Source of the DNA: Balanoglossus misakiensis
Lineage: Eukaryota > Animalia > Hemichordata
Length of the DNA stretch: 64,000 nt
Reading direction: 5' to 3'
Assembly: GCA_040954595.2 (NCBI GenBank)
Contig: CM082598.2
Coordinates: forward strand, 4,665,097-4,729,096
In this document: positions 26,001 to 53,897 of the stretch, in pieces
Position numbering within the stretch: the first letter of the stretch is position 1
Layout of the letters: the number at the start of each line of letters is the position of its first letter
Made by a program: the position numbers and the translations under genes
Notes under the pieces: model-generated
Told to the model about the DNA's origin: nothing
What the model saw: the letters and a program-made list of their open reading frames with translations, nothing else
Databases searched by the model: none

Positions 26001-29000
26001 CAAAGAACGTTAGAGTACCTGTCAAACTTCGAATCATGTACCATTGAGCATACTTTCTCCCATTGAATTGGTATTTTTATCGTTCAGTCTTGATTTCAGT
26101 GTTTCCTAAATGTTTGTACAGTAAGTTGCAAAAGACTGATATATAAAATATTAATTACTCCTTTAACCCCCATTTTCTAGTATAGAGGTCCAACTGTACC
26201 ATAGAAAACAGTGGATTAAGGTCAAACCATTGCGGTGAAAGGGTTAAAACAATCAGTGCAACATTTACCCGGAAGCTTTGGTAATGGTGACGTAATTTTC
26301 TTCATACGTGCGGTAAATAAACCGTATGCAGGTCTTGGCTTCAATTTCGTCTATAGCATCATAGATGAGGTTCTTTTGACTGATGCCTGACATGAAGAAA
26401 ATGAAATGTGTAAGACGATTTTAAGAGGTATGTAGACATACTTTTATACCTACCTAACCCCACCCACCCACCCAAACAAATAAACAAACAAACAAACAAA
26501 CAAAAAAACATAAACAAACACAAACACCGAGGCACCCACTCGCGCTCAAACATACATACGTTGGCTTTATGAATCCTGTATCACGCAAACATCTTGTTTG
26601 GAAATACATGTGTGTAATAAGGCATCGAAGATACACACGGTATTATATGATATTAAATATAATTCTTACTGAAATATTTTGTGGGATCTAATGTGTAGTA
26701 AACCTTTCCTTCAGGCCACAGTCTGCTTTCCATCCATATGACTCCACGTCTAAAATTTAAAATTTAGCATAATAAAGTCGTTGGATTAGTATGTATGTAT
26801 ATATGTATAGGCCTATGTATGCACACAAGACTCATATCGCAAGAAATGCGACTTTTTCCTGATTCTCAGACTGAGACACCCCATAGCAAGAGAAACTGTC
26901 AATTTTCCACGATTGGGGGCGGAGCTTGTATAGTGACTCCCTAGCCTCGACATTCATCAGCAGACGAGACATGGCGGTTGGACTGTGAACATCTTGCTCT
27001 TGTGTGTAGTGATCTGAATTCGTACTTTACCTCTATCTTTCTTATATTTTCGTTCAGACCTTTCTCTACGTTTGTGGGAACACTTTTTCTGTAACCGCTG
27101 AGAGATTGAGCTGTCTACGGATCGTAATTCCGAGGTTTTTCTTGGTATTTGTGTGAGCGCAACGCTCAGGTCGGTCGGTCGGTCTTTTCAGCACGTCTCT
27201 TAGCGCACGTTCTGCCGTGTGCGAGGTAAATCGAACGAGGGCTTATAACGGCCCGTCTACGCCGTCAAGGCTCGATCGTGCTACGTTTACGCTACCGTTG
27301 AGTTGGCTGTCTGGTCCAAGGTTCGTCATTCACTAAGGCTTGACAAATTTTGGGACCTCAGTCCGATATTATTTCCGTTACATTGGTGGCAGCGGTAGAA
27401 ACGATTTGTGCTGCTCGTTCGTTCAGTCTGCGTTTTGGGTGATGCATTCAATGTTCATATACATTGTTGCAATATTGTTGAATAGCGTTATCGATTTTTT
27501 TTGTTTAGTGTACCTCGTACGTGCACTGTAGTACAATGGAGTTGTAAGGCTTGACAATTTTGGGGACGTACCTCAGTCCGACATAATTTCCGTTATGCAG
27601 TAAATAGTCAATGTTTACTGGTATTTGTATTTTCCAAAATTAGTATAGCCTATTCTTTAATATATATTCTTTCTGTTCACGTTTCTCTCACCTTTTTCTC
27701 CCTTCGCCAACAATATCTTTCAGTCCAGGATCAATAAGCATATCTCCCCCTATCAGGACATCTTCTGTATATAAATACATAACAACTTAACATACATTTT
27801 AGAACGACTACACAGCGTATAGGTAGTTTAATAAGATATAGCGTGTTAACCTTTGGGAAAACCTTGGTACTATGATCGGATGTTGACTTTTTGGAGAAAG
27901 TGTTCTCAAATATAGCTCCATGCATGTATGACATGTTTAGGTACTCTACAGTATTTGCCACATGATTTTACCTATGTTCTTGTTGGTTTTCTCTATGATG
28001 GCAAAGGGACTGTCCTTCTCCTTGTTGGCCTCCTCTTCAATGGCGTTTTGTTCTTCCTGGATTTTTTCCTTGGCGTGTTCATCAGCTGTCAAAGCAGATT
28101 AAACAAAATACAAAAGTTAACATTGTGATACATTGCTGTTTTCATAACAGCGAGCCATGCTCTCCATCCCTTGCCGTGGAGTGCCCTCTTGTCACGGTTA
28201 CTCTATACCATGAAGTGTGTTTGTGTTCAATACTCTCTGCTCGTGGTATACGAAATTCCGAGTCCCCTGTTTAAGTACATGTATATGACAATATGTGCTA
28301 CATGTTAAAGTTTAGAGTTCAAAACTAAAGTTAGGCTTGTCTAGTGTCCTTTGCACATGCCCGGCAATCAAAATGCAAAATTCGATAGATTTTACAACCC
28401 CCCCCCCAGGAAAAGACTTAACGTGTATCAATACAGATAATTACCCATGTCACTGAAAGCGCACAAATATCTGTGGACATTTTCACAATCTTCATATTCC
28501 CACTGCAGTTGCCCTGTTTCACCATCCGGTAACGCGACCACGCATTTTGCTGTTCGAGTATCAATGTCTTCCTCTTTCCAGGGGAAGTGTTTGCCTTGAT
28601 TGTGCTCGCTCAGTTTTCGACCGTCTACCCAGTATGGAGGGGTGTGCTCTTTTAGCTGGTGAAGCCCAATCCACAGTTTAATATTTCTGTCAACAGACAA
28701 TGAAACATTAATGTAGAATGCATCTCGTACCTCAAAGTATTAACCCTTCTCGTATTGCTCAAGTAACTTTAGATTGTTTTCTCTGAAAATTGAGAATAGG
28801 AATTAGAGATCACATTGCAAATGTTTGGGTGAGACAGCAAATTTACATTAAATGTCTTAAATTTGATGGTCTCCTCCCACACTTAAATATAACAAAGAAT
28901 TGAAAGGTTTCTTTTTGGCGGACTATCATTTTTCTGAAAATATGTTCCCCAAGGCGCATAGTGTTCAACAATTCCCATCGTACGTACAAGGAAGACAGCT

Positions 29001-29362
29001 TGTCCACAGCTTGTCTCAGAGAAGTCTTTTCAAGAACAGCTAGGTGGCCGCCATCTTGTTGACAATCGGAACGGGCGCTTTCCCACGATGCAATCTGGTC
29101 AGACACGACAAAGCAAACGCCGTGCACGTCTACTGCACATTCCCGCGAGAAGATTACTGCAAAGAGATACAAAATGTCTGTACACAAGTGACGTCAACAA
29201 TGTACTCTTGATTTCTATCTTACAATTCTGCCTTGTGAACAGGTTTTATAAACAGGTTTTTCGTCCAACAGACATGAAAGAAGTTCTATTGAGTATGGTG
29301 TACATGTATCAATACGTACCTTGCAGTGTTGAAAACGCCAAAACCGCACGTGACAAAACCAT
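23031..29362 (-). CDS. Secreted astacin (M12A) metalloprotease, paralog A: SP-CTL-pro-astacin-TSP1-WSC-like-TSP1-CTL (multi-exon)
   Basis: Approximate exons: 29320-29362 (MVLSRAVLAFSTLQ); 28986-29156 and 28445-28687 (CTL); 27972-28085 and 27692-27764 (pro, GGDM, GRKR); 26670-26749; 26268-26386; 25791-25972 ([12 protein letters not shown]); 25360-25577 (SVMHY); 24836-25028 (TSP1); 24486-24604 and 24114-24292 (WSC-like); 23766-23948 (TSP1); 23297-23654 and 23031-23113 (CTL, EPN). The terminal exon is uncertain (perhaps 22189-22202). Confidence 0.85.
23187..23280. mobile_element. ~90-bp TTAA-flanked (piggyBac-like) MITE; other copies ~24633-24717, 26163-26247, 49560-49615, 52628-52718
   Basis: Shared core ggtcc..taccatagaaa.caatggg and terminus gtgg(t/c)gaaagggttaa. 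Confidence 0.6.
25065..25213. mobile_element. Tc1/mariner(pogo)-type MITE; related copies ~55970-56060 and ~62985-63160
   Basis: ta-cagtcaaacctgt ... aggtttcgactg termini and repeated gtggccact internal motifs. Confidence 0.6.
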
Positions 29363-32300
29363 TTCCCTGTAAAGATATGATGAAATCGTTGTCGTGGTGA
29401 TTCTCCGCAATCATGATTTTGACTTCAACGCACTTATAACGGGCAACCGATAGACCGTGTTTGAAATCGATAGTCTGAGAAGTTGTGCTTTCAAGTGTGA
29501 ATATTTTAATCCCAATATAATTGCTTGGGTTTCCATGGAGACTTGACAACCAGACGGCGACGGCTTTTCACGTCACGCTTTACGATGAACGACTCTACGT
29601 CTCGAAGTATATTGCGCCACTTTTTGTCGGCCGTTCGAATCGACCGCTATTCACGGACAGCGGAAACAGTAGGCGGTGTACAGCATGTTGCTTTCCAAAA
29701 ATATTCTCCGGACGACAATTTCCTGATTTCAAATATGGTGGATTTTACTACATTGTACTTGAGTCGGGCAGGGAGGTTGTCAAGCTGGCAGAATGGGTCA
29801 TGTAACACACATCGTTTCTTTTGAATTATAACGACATTCCCATAAAATCTCAAACGTATTGTGGATGTTTTATGACAGGCGTTGTTGGCGTGGAATTACC
29901 TAACCACGGGGCTATAACAATTAGGTGGGCGTCGATCTATACATTTTTATCAATTGCAAAATGTTTATACACCGTATACTGCATCCTGAAGGTGAATGAA
30001 CACGTTTGGCAATGAAGTATTACACCACTGTATATCCATGTATTGGTATTGGGATGTCTTTTTGAACTCGTTATATTAATAGATGTAAATAAACGACAAT
30101 TTTTGCATGTCTCACGGATCTCAGCCCAAAAGCAACTACATGTACAACTTTGTATATGTTCCATTCGTAATATGAATATTTCACGTTACGCTTCACAGTG
30201 AGCGGAACGGCTCTACGTCACGGTCTCAAAGTAAACGCGCCACTTTTTGTCAGCCTGTTGTCAGGCTCATCACAAATAAACTACAACTTACAAGGTTTTT
30301 TTTTTTTCAGTTGAAAGTGAAATTTTAGACCGAATAAGAATTTTATATGAGATCGCTCACCTGATTATTCTCTGATTCAGTGTGGATCAACACTGCGTCA
30401 GAGCGCAATACTGCAACGCTGTCTATCCTCCCCAGATGAAATTTCAACTAGGAATTTTTTTCGAAAATTCTTTTATAGTGTATTTTTTCAATGTTGAGAG
30501 GGTTTTGAAGCCAACGGATGGCATTTGATAATGTACTCTCAAAAACATAAAGTACACAAAGTCAGCATATGTCAGCATTTGAAGTCCACATTTCCAAATC
30601 ATCTGAATATTTTTCAGGGCCACCTTTTACGTACTCATCGATATCATTGTATTAACACCTCCATTTACTAGTAGCCTACTTGACGTGTACACGTTCTCTT
30701 CCAAATAATAATTGTTCAGTTTGGCTTGAAAATAGGTTCTTTTATAATCGCACTAAAGGCCTGTACTTTTTCTTTGTTTGATATTTATTTTCGCATTTTT
30801 GAAAAGTAACTTTAAAAAATGAAGAGGCTTGCAGTTTTTGTGTTTTGAAATCTCTCGTGGTTTTCTGTAACTGTTTGAATTTACCATATGTTTGTCAAAT
30901 TTGTCTCTTATATGTTGTTTTTGGTTGCTGTCACTGTAATCGTCTTTGTGATGTGTCGATCAGACTATCTATCACTCTTTCACCGCCGACAGCAGTTATC
31001 AGGAAATTGTTTGTCGGCGCTGTTTGACTGTCTATCAATTAAAGTAGGTCGGTCAAGGCCTACAACTCACTCTGTCTGGCGTCTATTTTAACAAGGGGAT
31101 ATATTTCTACTATAGACCTCACGACTAGCAGACCGGTCCCACACAGGTCCAAAGTGTGTACAGCCCACTCTCTTAAAGGCACATAAGCTGCAACTTTTGG
31201 GATAATTATCATAATTTTTGTTTCAAACTGTACTATTAGTCCAGTCAGATGAAGGCAGTGAACTATACACAAGCATTATAAACCCTAAATATGAGTGCAT
31301 ATGCAAGTTTTAACCAGATAAATAATAAACCTTTGCCGCAAGCGATTATGGCCGCCACCGTGGGAAAATGCAAGAAACAATGAAAATGTTGCATTTCCGG
31401 TTATGAAACTTCATAAACAAAACATGCTCTCATGATAGTCTACGATACAACAATCGATCATTGATTGTTTTGAGCAGTTGTATAATGGAGACCCCAAAGT
31501 TGCAACATGAAAAACATATGAACATTTATGGGTCAGGTAAAGGATAATAATTCTGCCTGCAGGTATACTTAAAACGTTACGCTCCCCTAAGTTGCATAGT
31601 TACGTTGGATATATCAGCCGCCAGTATGACGCGAGGTCCTTTGTATTAAAAGCTTGGAAAGTGAATGTTAAGAAAAGGCCAGTTTTATGGTCAAATAAAT
31701 TTTAGTGGATTTTTGGTATTAACTAAATGATTTATAATAATTAGTAATGTTTGTTGCATTCAAGTCTGGCAATAAACAAATGTGGGTTTGCGTCCCCATT
31801 TGAACCATCTGTTTTCGGCTACCAGTAGATGTGGGGGCACTTTCTTCCGTTTCCATGGAAATTGGTCTCTTTTCAATTCGTCTTTTCTTTCTTTTTCATC
31901 TTTTGTTCCCTTCCATACGCTACGACTGTATATATCTCGATGCTTGGGAGACCGCCACAAGGATTTGTAGCTTTGGGTAGCATAGACAGCAACTGGGAAC
32001 ATACACTCGGATTTCTGTAACAGATCAGTGGCAGAGCGAAAGAGGTAAGTTCGCCTCGCTTGAGAGTTTTTAAAACTTCACAGTGTCAACTTAAGATTTT
32101 TCTTTTTGTCTTATCAAAGTTTCCAGTGAAAGTGAAAACAAAACTACAGCAAGAGACTCTAAATGACAATTTTAATTGCGAAAAAAATCATCTGAACGCA
32201 TATATTCAACAATGCTCCGTTCATCAACTGCTATGCAGCATTTTAGGATCATTAGTACTTGGGCACCCATTCAAGGAAATGTGGGTTTGTCTACAATCAA

Positions 32301-32372
32301 TAAAAGAACATTTCTCAATGGTATTAGTTCCTTGACACGGGTTTTTATTCTCCTGTTTTTTTAAAACAGAAA

Positions 32373-39489
<7,117 letters not shown>

Positions 39490-39764
39490 TATCGCCATGA
39501 CGATGGAGAAACTGAATGGAAGTGGAATTTATTGCTTGATTCATTTAGATTTATTCAACAAAGATAAGGCAAATATAATATATATTATATCTTGTTTCAA
39601 AATGGTATTGAAAATATTCAGTTATAGACAATGGTATGGTATGAGTGTTAATATTATGACCATTACAACTCGCAACAAATTTTTGTTAAAGGTCAGCTAT
39701 AGGTTACTCCAGTCCATTCCACTTCAGTGTATAGTGCAGGCGAGCCACATCTTCTTGTGTTTCC

Positions 39765-47201
<7,437 letters not shown>

Positions 47202-49269
47202 TTTTCTGAAATAAAGACAAAATGATGTACTTATTGTCCATATAGATAGAGCATACTAGTATCTGAAAGGGGGAGCGAGAGGTGTCAATGGAATAACATT
47301 GTAAATCGCTTCATAATCATAATCTAGATGACAGCAATGTCTCGCTTCCACTATGCAATTAGAATATAAGAAGACGATATGTAGTTAGTGTTCATATTGA
47401 GTATAGTTTCTTGAGGGGGAGGGGGAGAGAGTAAAGGACCCTGAGGGAGGGAGGGAGGGAGAGGGGGGGGCAATTATTTGACATTGAAGGATAACTGTAC
47501 ATTGCTTCCATTGAACGTAATGTTTCTAGAACTGTTCATAGTAAACTTACCCTCTGTTGCGCCTTCACTGGTTTTGGATGATCTTTGAAGAGCAGACACA
47601 AAATGTGCCAATTGGGGCAGTCTTGTGGGAAAACATTCCGAATTCAGGGAGATTTTATACTTTCAAGTCAACAGAAAACGTGTTCCGGAATAAATGAATG
47701 AAAGGGAGAGGAAGAAAAATCTCCAGAAGGCCATGAAGGTTAAAACAATTGTTTGATCCTTCGCTTCCAAACGGTGAGCAGACGGTGTTTTGCAGAAACC
47801 AAATTTGCCATTTTTTTTAGGTCGCAAAGACAAATGATTTTGGGTGATTCATTCGAGTGAGAATTACACCTACTATACTGATTGCTATTGGTCGCCATAT
47901 TGCTGATGAAGGGCCATCACCTCCGCTGTAATTGATTATATATGTGTTATATGTTTATGATTTTTCATGTCAAGAACAATGCCAAGTCTCTCATTAGGCG
48001 CGATATATTATGGAACGCATGGCATAGGATCATGTGCAGGGTGTGAAACTGATTTAGTTTTAGCTGTAGACGTGAAATGACTGATTGTAGTTCGTGAGTT
48101 TATCAAGGTTTAGTCTGAAAGCACTGTGTTCTTCATGTAAATCAAAATGGCGTCGCCAGAAAAAGCAAGCAATGTTTATTTTACACGTATGGTCCTACCA
48201 TCTGGAAAGCAAAATTTTAAAAATATTGATTACATGGGTGTCGTGCATGTTTGTAATTATGTAGGCTTTGTATAAAAAAAGTTTCAGTGGTTTGAGAGAT
48301 AGGCCTAAGACAGAGAACTACGAATGAAATATGGGATAGGTTGGCTTTCCAGAAACGACACCGTCATTATCATGAATGTTTGTGGTGTACGTGCACGGTA
48401 ATTCTCAAGATGACATTGCAGAACGCGTATACGAGCGTTGTTGTCGAAGATATAGCCGTTTAGGCGACTACAAATTGACAGCTTGCAGCCAAAAAACTTG
48501 CTATACATGTCCCGTTTGGGCAAACGTGAACATGCTAGTACATCACATATCAACGATGAGGGCGAAATACCAGAGATACAGTGAGGCGTCAAATAACAAA
48601 CACACATACAAATATACTTTTACAACTTCAATCGGAATAAGATTCGAGGGAAATCGTAGATTGAATATCGAATTCGCTGGGAGTCACCCGCAAAGTTTTT
48701 TAAGCATTAAGATTTTATTTGTTTTCAAGAAAAATAATGTAAATGTACAGAATATAAATAAGTACAATTTATTCGACCAAACAGTACAATTCGGCGCACT
48801 TAAAATAGGAGATTCGGAACTGAATATTAAGCGTATGCTCAGCTTGACCTTTGACACAAACTGCAAAGTTTCTGTTTTGACAAGGAAGTGAACCCCGGCT
48901 GTGGCGGTTGGTACAATGATTTTTCGGAAGTTTGAAAGGTTCTATCGAAGTTGACGAATCTTCCTGGATGTATCAAGACGTATTTTACTGTGACTGTGTG
49001 GCTGTACAAGTTTCGGGTGCATATTTCCCAAGCTCGGGCCGTTGAGTCGCCAGGCCGCCGGTAAGTCAGTCTGTGACGGGGGCGGGGTCTCGCTCTGAAG
49101 GTAACTACGACAACGACTTGCATGTTCAAATAGTCATTTTATTGCCCCAGCGCTCATAAATGCCTGTTAACTTTGGGGCTGCTAGGTCTTGTAAAATCGT
49201 CGCGGACCTCGTGGCTCAGGCGCACGTTGGAATTGATAAAAATCAACAAACACAACCGTTACAACTGAA

Positions 49270-52200
49270 ATGGCTGTCGCGGGCAATGTTGATGATGATG
49301 TCGAGGCATACTTGAATGGAAACATTCCCAGTCAGAATTACCCTGTTTGTGACGTGTCGCTCGGAATATCGACAACCGCGGTGCTACGGCGGAACGTGAC
49401 GTACATAGTCGCTGCTGTCCTTTTCGACGAAGCCGGGAAAGTTCTGTTTATACAAGAAGCAAAAATGGATTGTCGCGGACACTGGTATTTGCCCGCAGGC
49501 AGAATGGAAAGAAACGAAAGCTTTGAGGTTAGTTTCGATTTTCATGGATTTAAAAAAAAATCTGTCACCCCAATTTTCCTCTGTAGAAGTCCGACTTTAC
49601 CATAGAAAGCATGGGACATGATTAAGTCCACATGATTGATTCCTATAGAGTACCCACATCCTGAAGTAAAAAGTTTACAATTTTTTTTCTATTCCCTTCC
49701 CAGGAAGCTGCGAAAAGAGAAGTGCTTGAAGAAGCTGGATTTGAATTTCAACCAACTGCTGTGATTTTTGTTGAAAGTAATGATGGGGCCTGGATCAGGG
49801 TCACCTTCACAGGCACCATAGTAGGTGAGATTGTTTTTACAATGTCAGTACAGTACAGTACAGTACAGTGCAGTGCAGTGCAGTGCAGTGCAGTACAGTA
49901 CAGTACAGTACTCTTCACTACACTACTCTGCACTTCACCACACTACATCAGCTATATGCTAGATAAGTAGCACTTTGAAAACCTATCTTTGTGATCCTAG
50001 AGCTGCTATGAAACCTTGCCAAAAGTCAGGAATGTAGTCTTCCTATCCATATTCACCTGTACTGATGTTGTTTTTTTTCTCTATGAAAATTCATTTTTTC
50101 TCAGGTGGAAATCTGAAAACCTTGAAAGAGGCTGACGATGAATCTTTGCAAGCTGATTGGTTGGAAGTGAAGGAGGATGGACTGCCAGTTTGTCCAGATA
50201 TTAAAATCAGGTGAGATATATTAACAGTAGTATTCAAGAGCGAAAATAAATTCCAGTGAAAATAAAACTTTACAGTACAGTGAAACTTGTCTATTAAGGA
50301 CACCTCTGTGACCAGAAAATCTGTCCTTATAGAGAGGTGTCCTTAATAGACAGGTAATATTCTATTCAAATTATAACTTTGTAAATTGTAAAAATTGTAA
50401 AAAAAAATATCCTGAGTAGAGAGGTGTCCTTAATATACTATTCAAACTGTTACTTTTGTCTTGAGAAATCTGCCCTTAATTGAGCTGTGTCCTGACTTGA
50501 GTGGTCTCTGCAATGAAAGGTTTCACTGTATACAGTTCTGGGGTTCTGCCATGTCCTGTAAAAACACAACTTTGTGGGAAAAGAACATAATATATGTTTC
50601 TTTTCTCCTACAAATATTATATGACTCTAGCTTTACTTCTTTTTTTTCTCTCCTACAACAGAAGTTATGACATAACACAACTTATAAAAGCTGGTATCAA
50701 ACACAAGGAGAGTGCATCGAGATTAGAGATCTTACCTGTTCTGAATCCGTACGATAAAGTGTGTCTCAGACCAGTCATTGTCATCATGCAGAAGTAAGTT
50801 ACAACAGAAATTGCTGCAGTTTGCTGTTTTGATGCGAAGGATGTTGAAATTTGTGTACCACTCTTATGTTTCAGAGACACTATTTGCCATTTGTAAACAC
50901 TGAGGATTCATCTTATGAGTTGCTTTTATGGTGTTCACATAGTGACCATTGAGGCCATTCTGAAACATGTCAGCTGAAACACTGGCATAAATCAACATGT
51001 GTGAACAGTTCAAGTGGTCCTGGAACGTTTCAGATTTGAGACAGCTTTGCCAGCCAGATCTATGTTTAAACTTTGTGTGTTTACACGAAGTGAATCCTCT
51101 GTGCTTACAAATGGCAAATAGTGTCTCTGAAACATTTCTCATTTTATCCAGTGTGAACCTAGTAATATACAGCTTGTTGCATAGAGTTACACTGGCTCAG
51201 GTCTGGCTGACAAAACCATCTCAAATCTGAAACGTTCCAGGACCACTTGAATCATTCACACGTAATATTTTATGTCAGTATTTCAGCTGAGACGTTTCAG
51301 GAACGTTTCAATAGTCCCTGTGTGAACGCCCTGAAAGATACAATCTCTGGATTATTTTTACCTTTTTCTGTTTACAGAAACACACCCCATGTGTTGTTGT
51401 GTGATGGCCGTCTTCCTCTGGTTGATGTGTACTATGTCCATCCTATTCAGTTGCTGTCCAAGGTCATGTCGGTGAGTTCTGGCGATGGATAGTTGCATTG
51501 TGTTGTCATGGCAACTCTGGAGTTGCTCTGCTGCCGTGCCAACTGTTAGCCTTGCATGTTTGTCACCATGCCAACAGTGAAACAATTTGATGAGGACACA
51601 CTGTGACTTGTATTTGTATATGTGATACATTCTTTACTAATGGTTGAACGGGTGTGTTTTAAGTACCCTAGTGACAATGTGATGGCGCACCTTTTTCATG
51701 TGGCCTCTGGAAAATCTGTGATTGGTTAGATCTCCGCTAGCCACAGTATCTGTGTTCCAAGTTGCCCAAGTGACCAGTAACATTAAAGGGACAAAATCTC
51801 TCTCTCGCTTCCCTTTTCCATTAAATTATGTATGATACAAGACACCGTTAAATATTAATGTAAATGTGGATATATAGTGAATCAACGTTCGACCACACAC
51901 AACTTCCATTATACGTGTAGACACGAGAGTGAAAAAACTCGCCAAAATGAATAATCGTTCTCTACCATTTATTCATTTTGGGCGAGTTTTTACTCTTATA
52001 TCATACAAGTGGGATTGAAGTTGTATGTGATTGAATGTTCATTCACTACATATACACATGCACACTAAAGTAAACGGTGTCTTGTATGAAACATAATTAA
52101 TGGAAATGGGCAGCAAGAGAGAGTTTGTCCCTGTAAGGGTAACCTTGTTTGTTCGATTTCAGGACACATTCGGTGAACCACTGAAGGTGAAAATCGGTGA

Positions 52201-52396
52201 CGTACTTGCAATAGAGCACGTTGGGAAGCCTCATGGTGAAGCCGATGGACTTTGCATTACGTGCTTGGTTTCCGTGGAAACTGACAAACCCTCTTGCAAT
52301 TCTCTGTTTCAACTCCGGCCGATAACGAAACAGACTGTTCGGGATGAAGTACTCAGTAGACTTCAAGATAAAAAAGTAACCTTGTTGTTCAGATAA
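49270..52396 (+). CDS. NUDT18: 8-oxo-dGDP phosphatase NUDT18 (MTH3), Nudix hydrolase, 6 exons
   Basis: Exons 49270-49527, 49704-49824, 50105-50210, 50662-50793, 51378-51471 and 52163-52396. Motifs [47 protein letters not shown] (Nudix box), [19 protein letters not shown] and [14 protein letters not shown] match NUDT18. Confidence 0.92.
50276..50530. mobile_element. Tc1/mariner(pogo)-type MITE in NUDT18 intron 3
   Basis: TA-cagtgaaacttgtc ... aggtttcactg-TA; homologous to 36191-36352. Confidence 0.75.
51783..52136. mobile_element. Long palindromic MITE with TTAA-type site (Kolobok-like), NUDT18 intron 5
   Basis: ttaa-agggacaa ... ttgtccct-gtaa termini and ~150-bp imperfect arms; second copy at 63661-64000. 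Confidence 0.75.
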
Positions 52397-53324
52397 GGAA
52401 GCTGAAGCTGGTGCTGGGGATAGGAGCTGTTCAGGCCACTCCCATGACCCCTGTGTGACCCTTACATCCTGGCATTTTTGGTATGTTTTACCATTGTGAG
52501 TTTGAACTCTCACATTCAGCAAAATAAAATATGAGAAAAAATTTAAGACTAAGATTTTCAAGGCACATATTACCTTAACGTAAAGGTGTACAAATATTAA
52601 CATTGCCAATGTTAATACTCAACCTGTTTGACCCTTTCACCCCCATTCCCACTTTAAAGGTCCAACTTTACCATAGGAAACAATGGGTTTGGACTGAACC
52701 ATTGTGGTGAAAGGGTTAAAACAGTTAGATTTTTTTTGTCTTCCTTTGTGAGAATTACAATTTTCATGCTTCACTACTTAAAGTATGTGTTGTTGTTTTT
52801 TGATGGTGTACATATCTGTAAATAATATTTTTAACAGCTGCTTGTACATTTCCTTGGAGAGTGAATGCAATAAATGACACCTTACAAACAACATTCAGTT
52901 TCCTTGAAACTTTTATTATTACTTTATGTGATAAAAATCAACAAGTACTTAGAAAGGTAACAAGGTTTTTAAATTCTTGTCAACTTATTGCACTTTACTT
53001 TGTATTTAATTTCATCAGCGAGAAAATATTAGAGCATGGTAAATACAGAAAAGATGCACTGTCATACATTTGTGTATATATGTCAAATTAGCGACAAAAA
53101 ATTTGTGTTTTACAGAAATTTACTGCTGCAAGTGAATATAATTTTAATTTTACAGTTTGAGTTAGCTCAGAGCTGGCTAGTGACCTGATCTGTCCTGTAT
53201 TTTCAGAAAATTCAATTAGATATGTGAGTTTCTGCATGAAACAAAAGCGACAGTTTCATCGTGTCAAAGTCAATGTTAGTGACCCTTGGGGTCTTATCGG
53301 TTAGTCTCTGTTTACTGTTGAGCG

Positions 53325-53617
53325 GAAATTTCCATTTCTGTTTGTTTGTCCTGTTTCATTTTTCAAAGGCTAGGCAAGTCTCTGTGTGTCCGTCGATGGA
53401 ATAGAATTTCTAGTTCTGTTTCATTTTGTCCTGTTTCATTTTTCGGAGACTGAGCAAGTCTCTGTGTGTCCGTCGATTGAATGGAATTTCTAGTTCTGTT
53501 TCAGTTCGTCCTGTTTGATTTTTCAGAGGCTGGGCAAGTCTTTGTGTGTCCGTCGATGGAATGGAATTTCTAGTTCTGTTTCACTTTGTCCTGTTTCATT
53601 TTTCGGAGACTGAGCAA
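53325..53617. repeat. 80-bp tandem repeat (~3.6 copies) spanning the stop codon of the SLC35G-like gene
   Basis: ctagttctgttt recurs at 53410, 53490 and 53570. Confidence 0.9.
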
Positions 53618-53865
53618 CGCGGTCGAGGCGAGAATGAGACCAGCTCCTGCCACACTTGTCCCTTCAGGAACAGTCTGGAAGATGACAGTCTGCATAATGA
53701 AAGACATTATCACCAATCCCGCCGTTCGGAGGACGACAGCAGTAGACGCTTTCTCGATGCGTAGAGCCAGACTCATCAGTACCTGTACCATAATGCCTGC
53801 AAAGAAAAAAAGATGAACCAATAGCAATTAAAACTGTTGCATACATACATACATACATACATACA

Positions 53866-53897
<32 letters not shown>

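Noticed and set aside
48376-48891. 171-aa ORF upstream of NUDT18
   Set aside because: AT-rich, with no recognisable domain or convincing splice pattern.
52097-52609. 170-aa minus ORF; also 52100-52396 as a stand-alone gene
   Set aside because: The first is antisense to the last NUDT18 exon; the second is that exon, with its ATG lying in a MITE.
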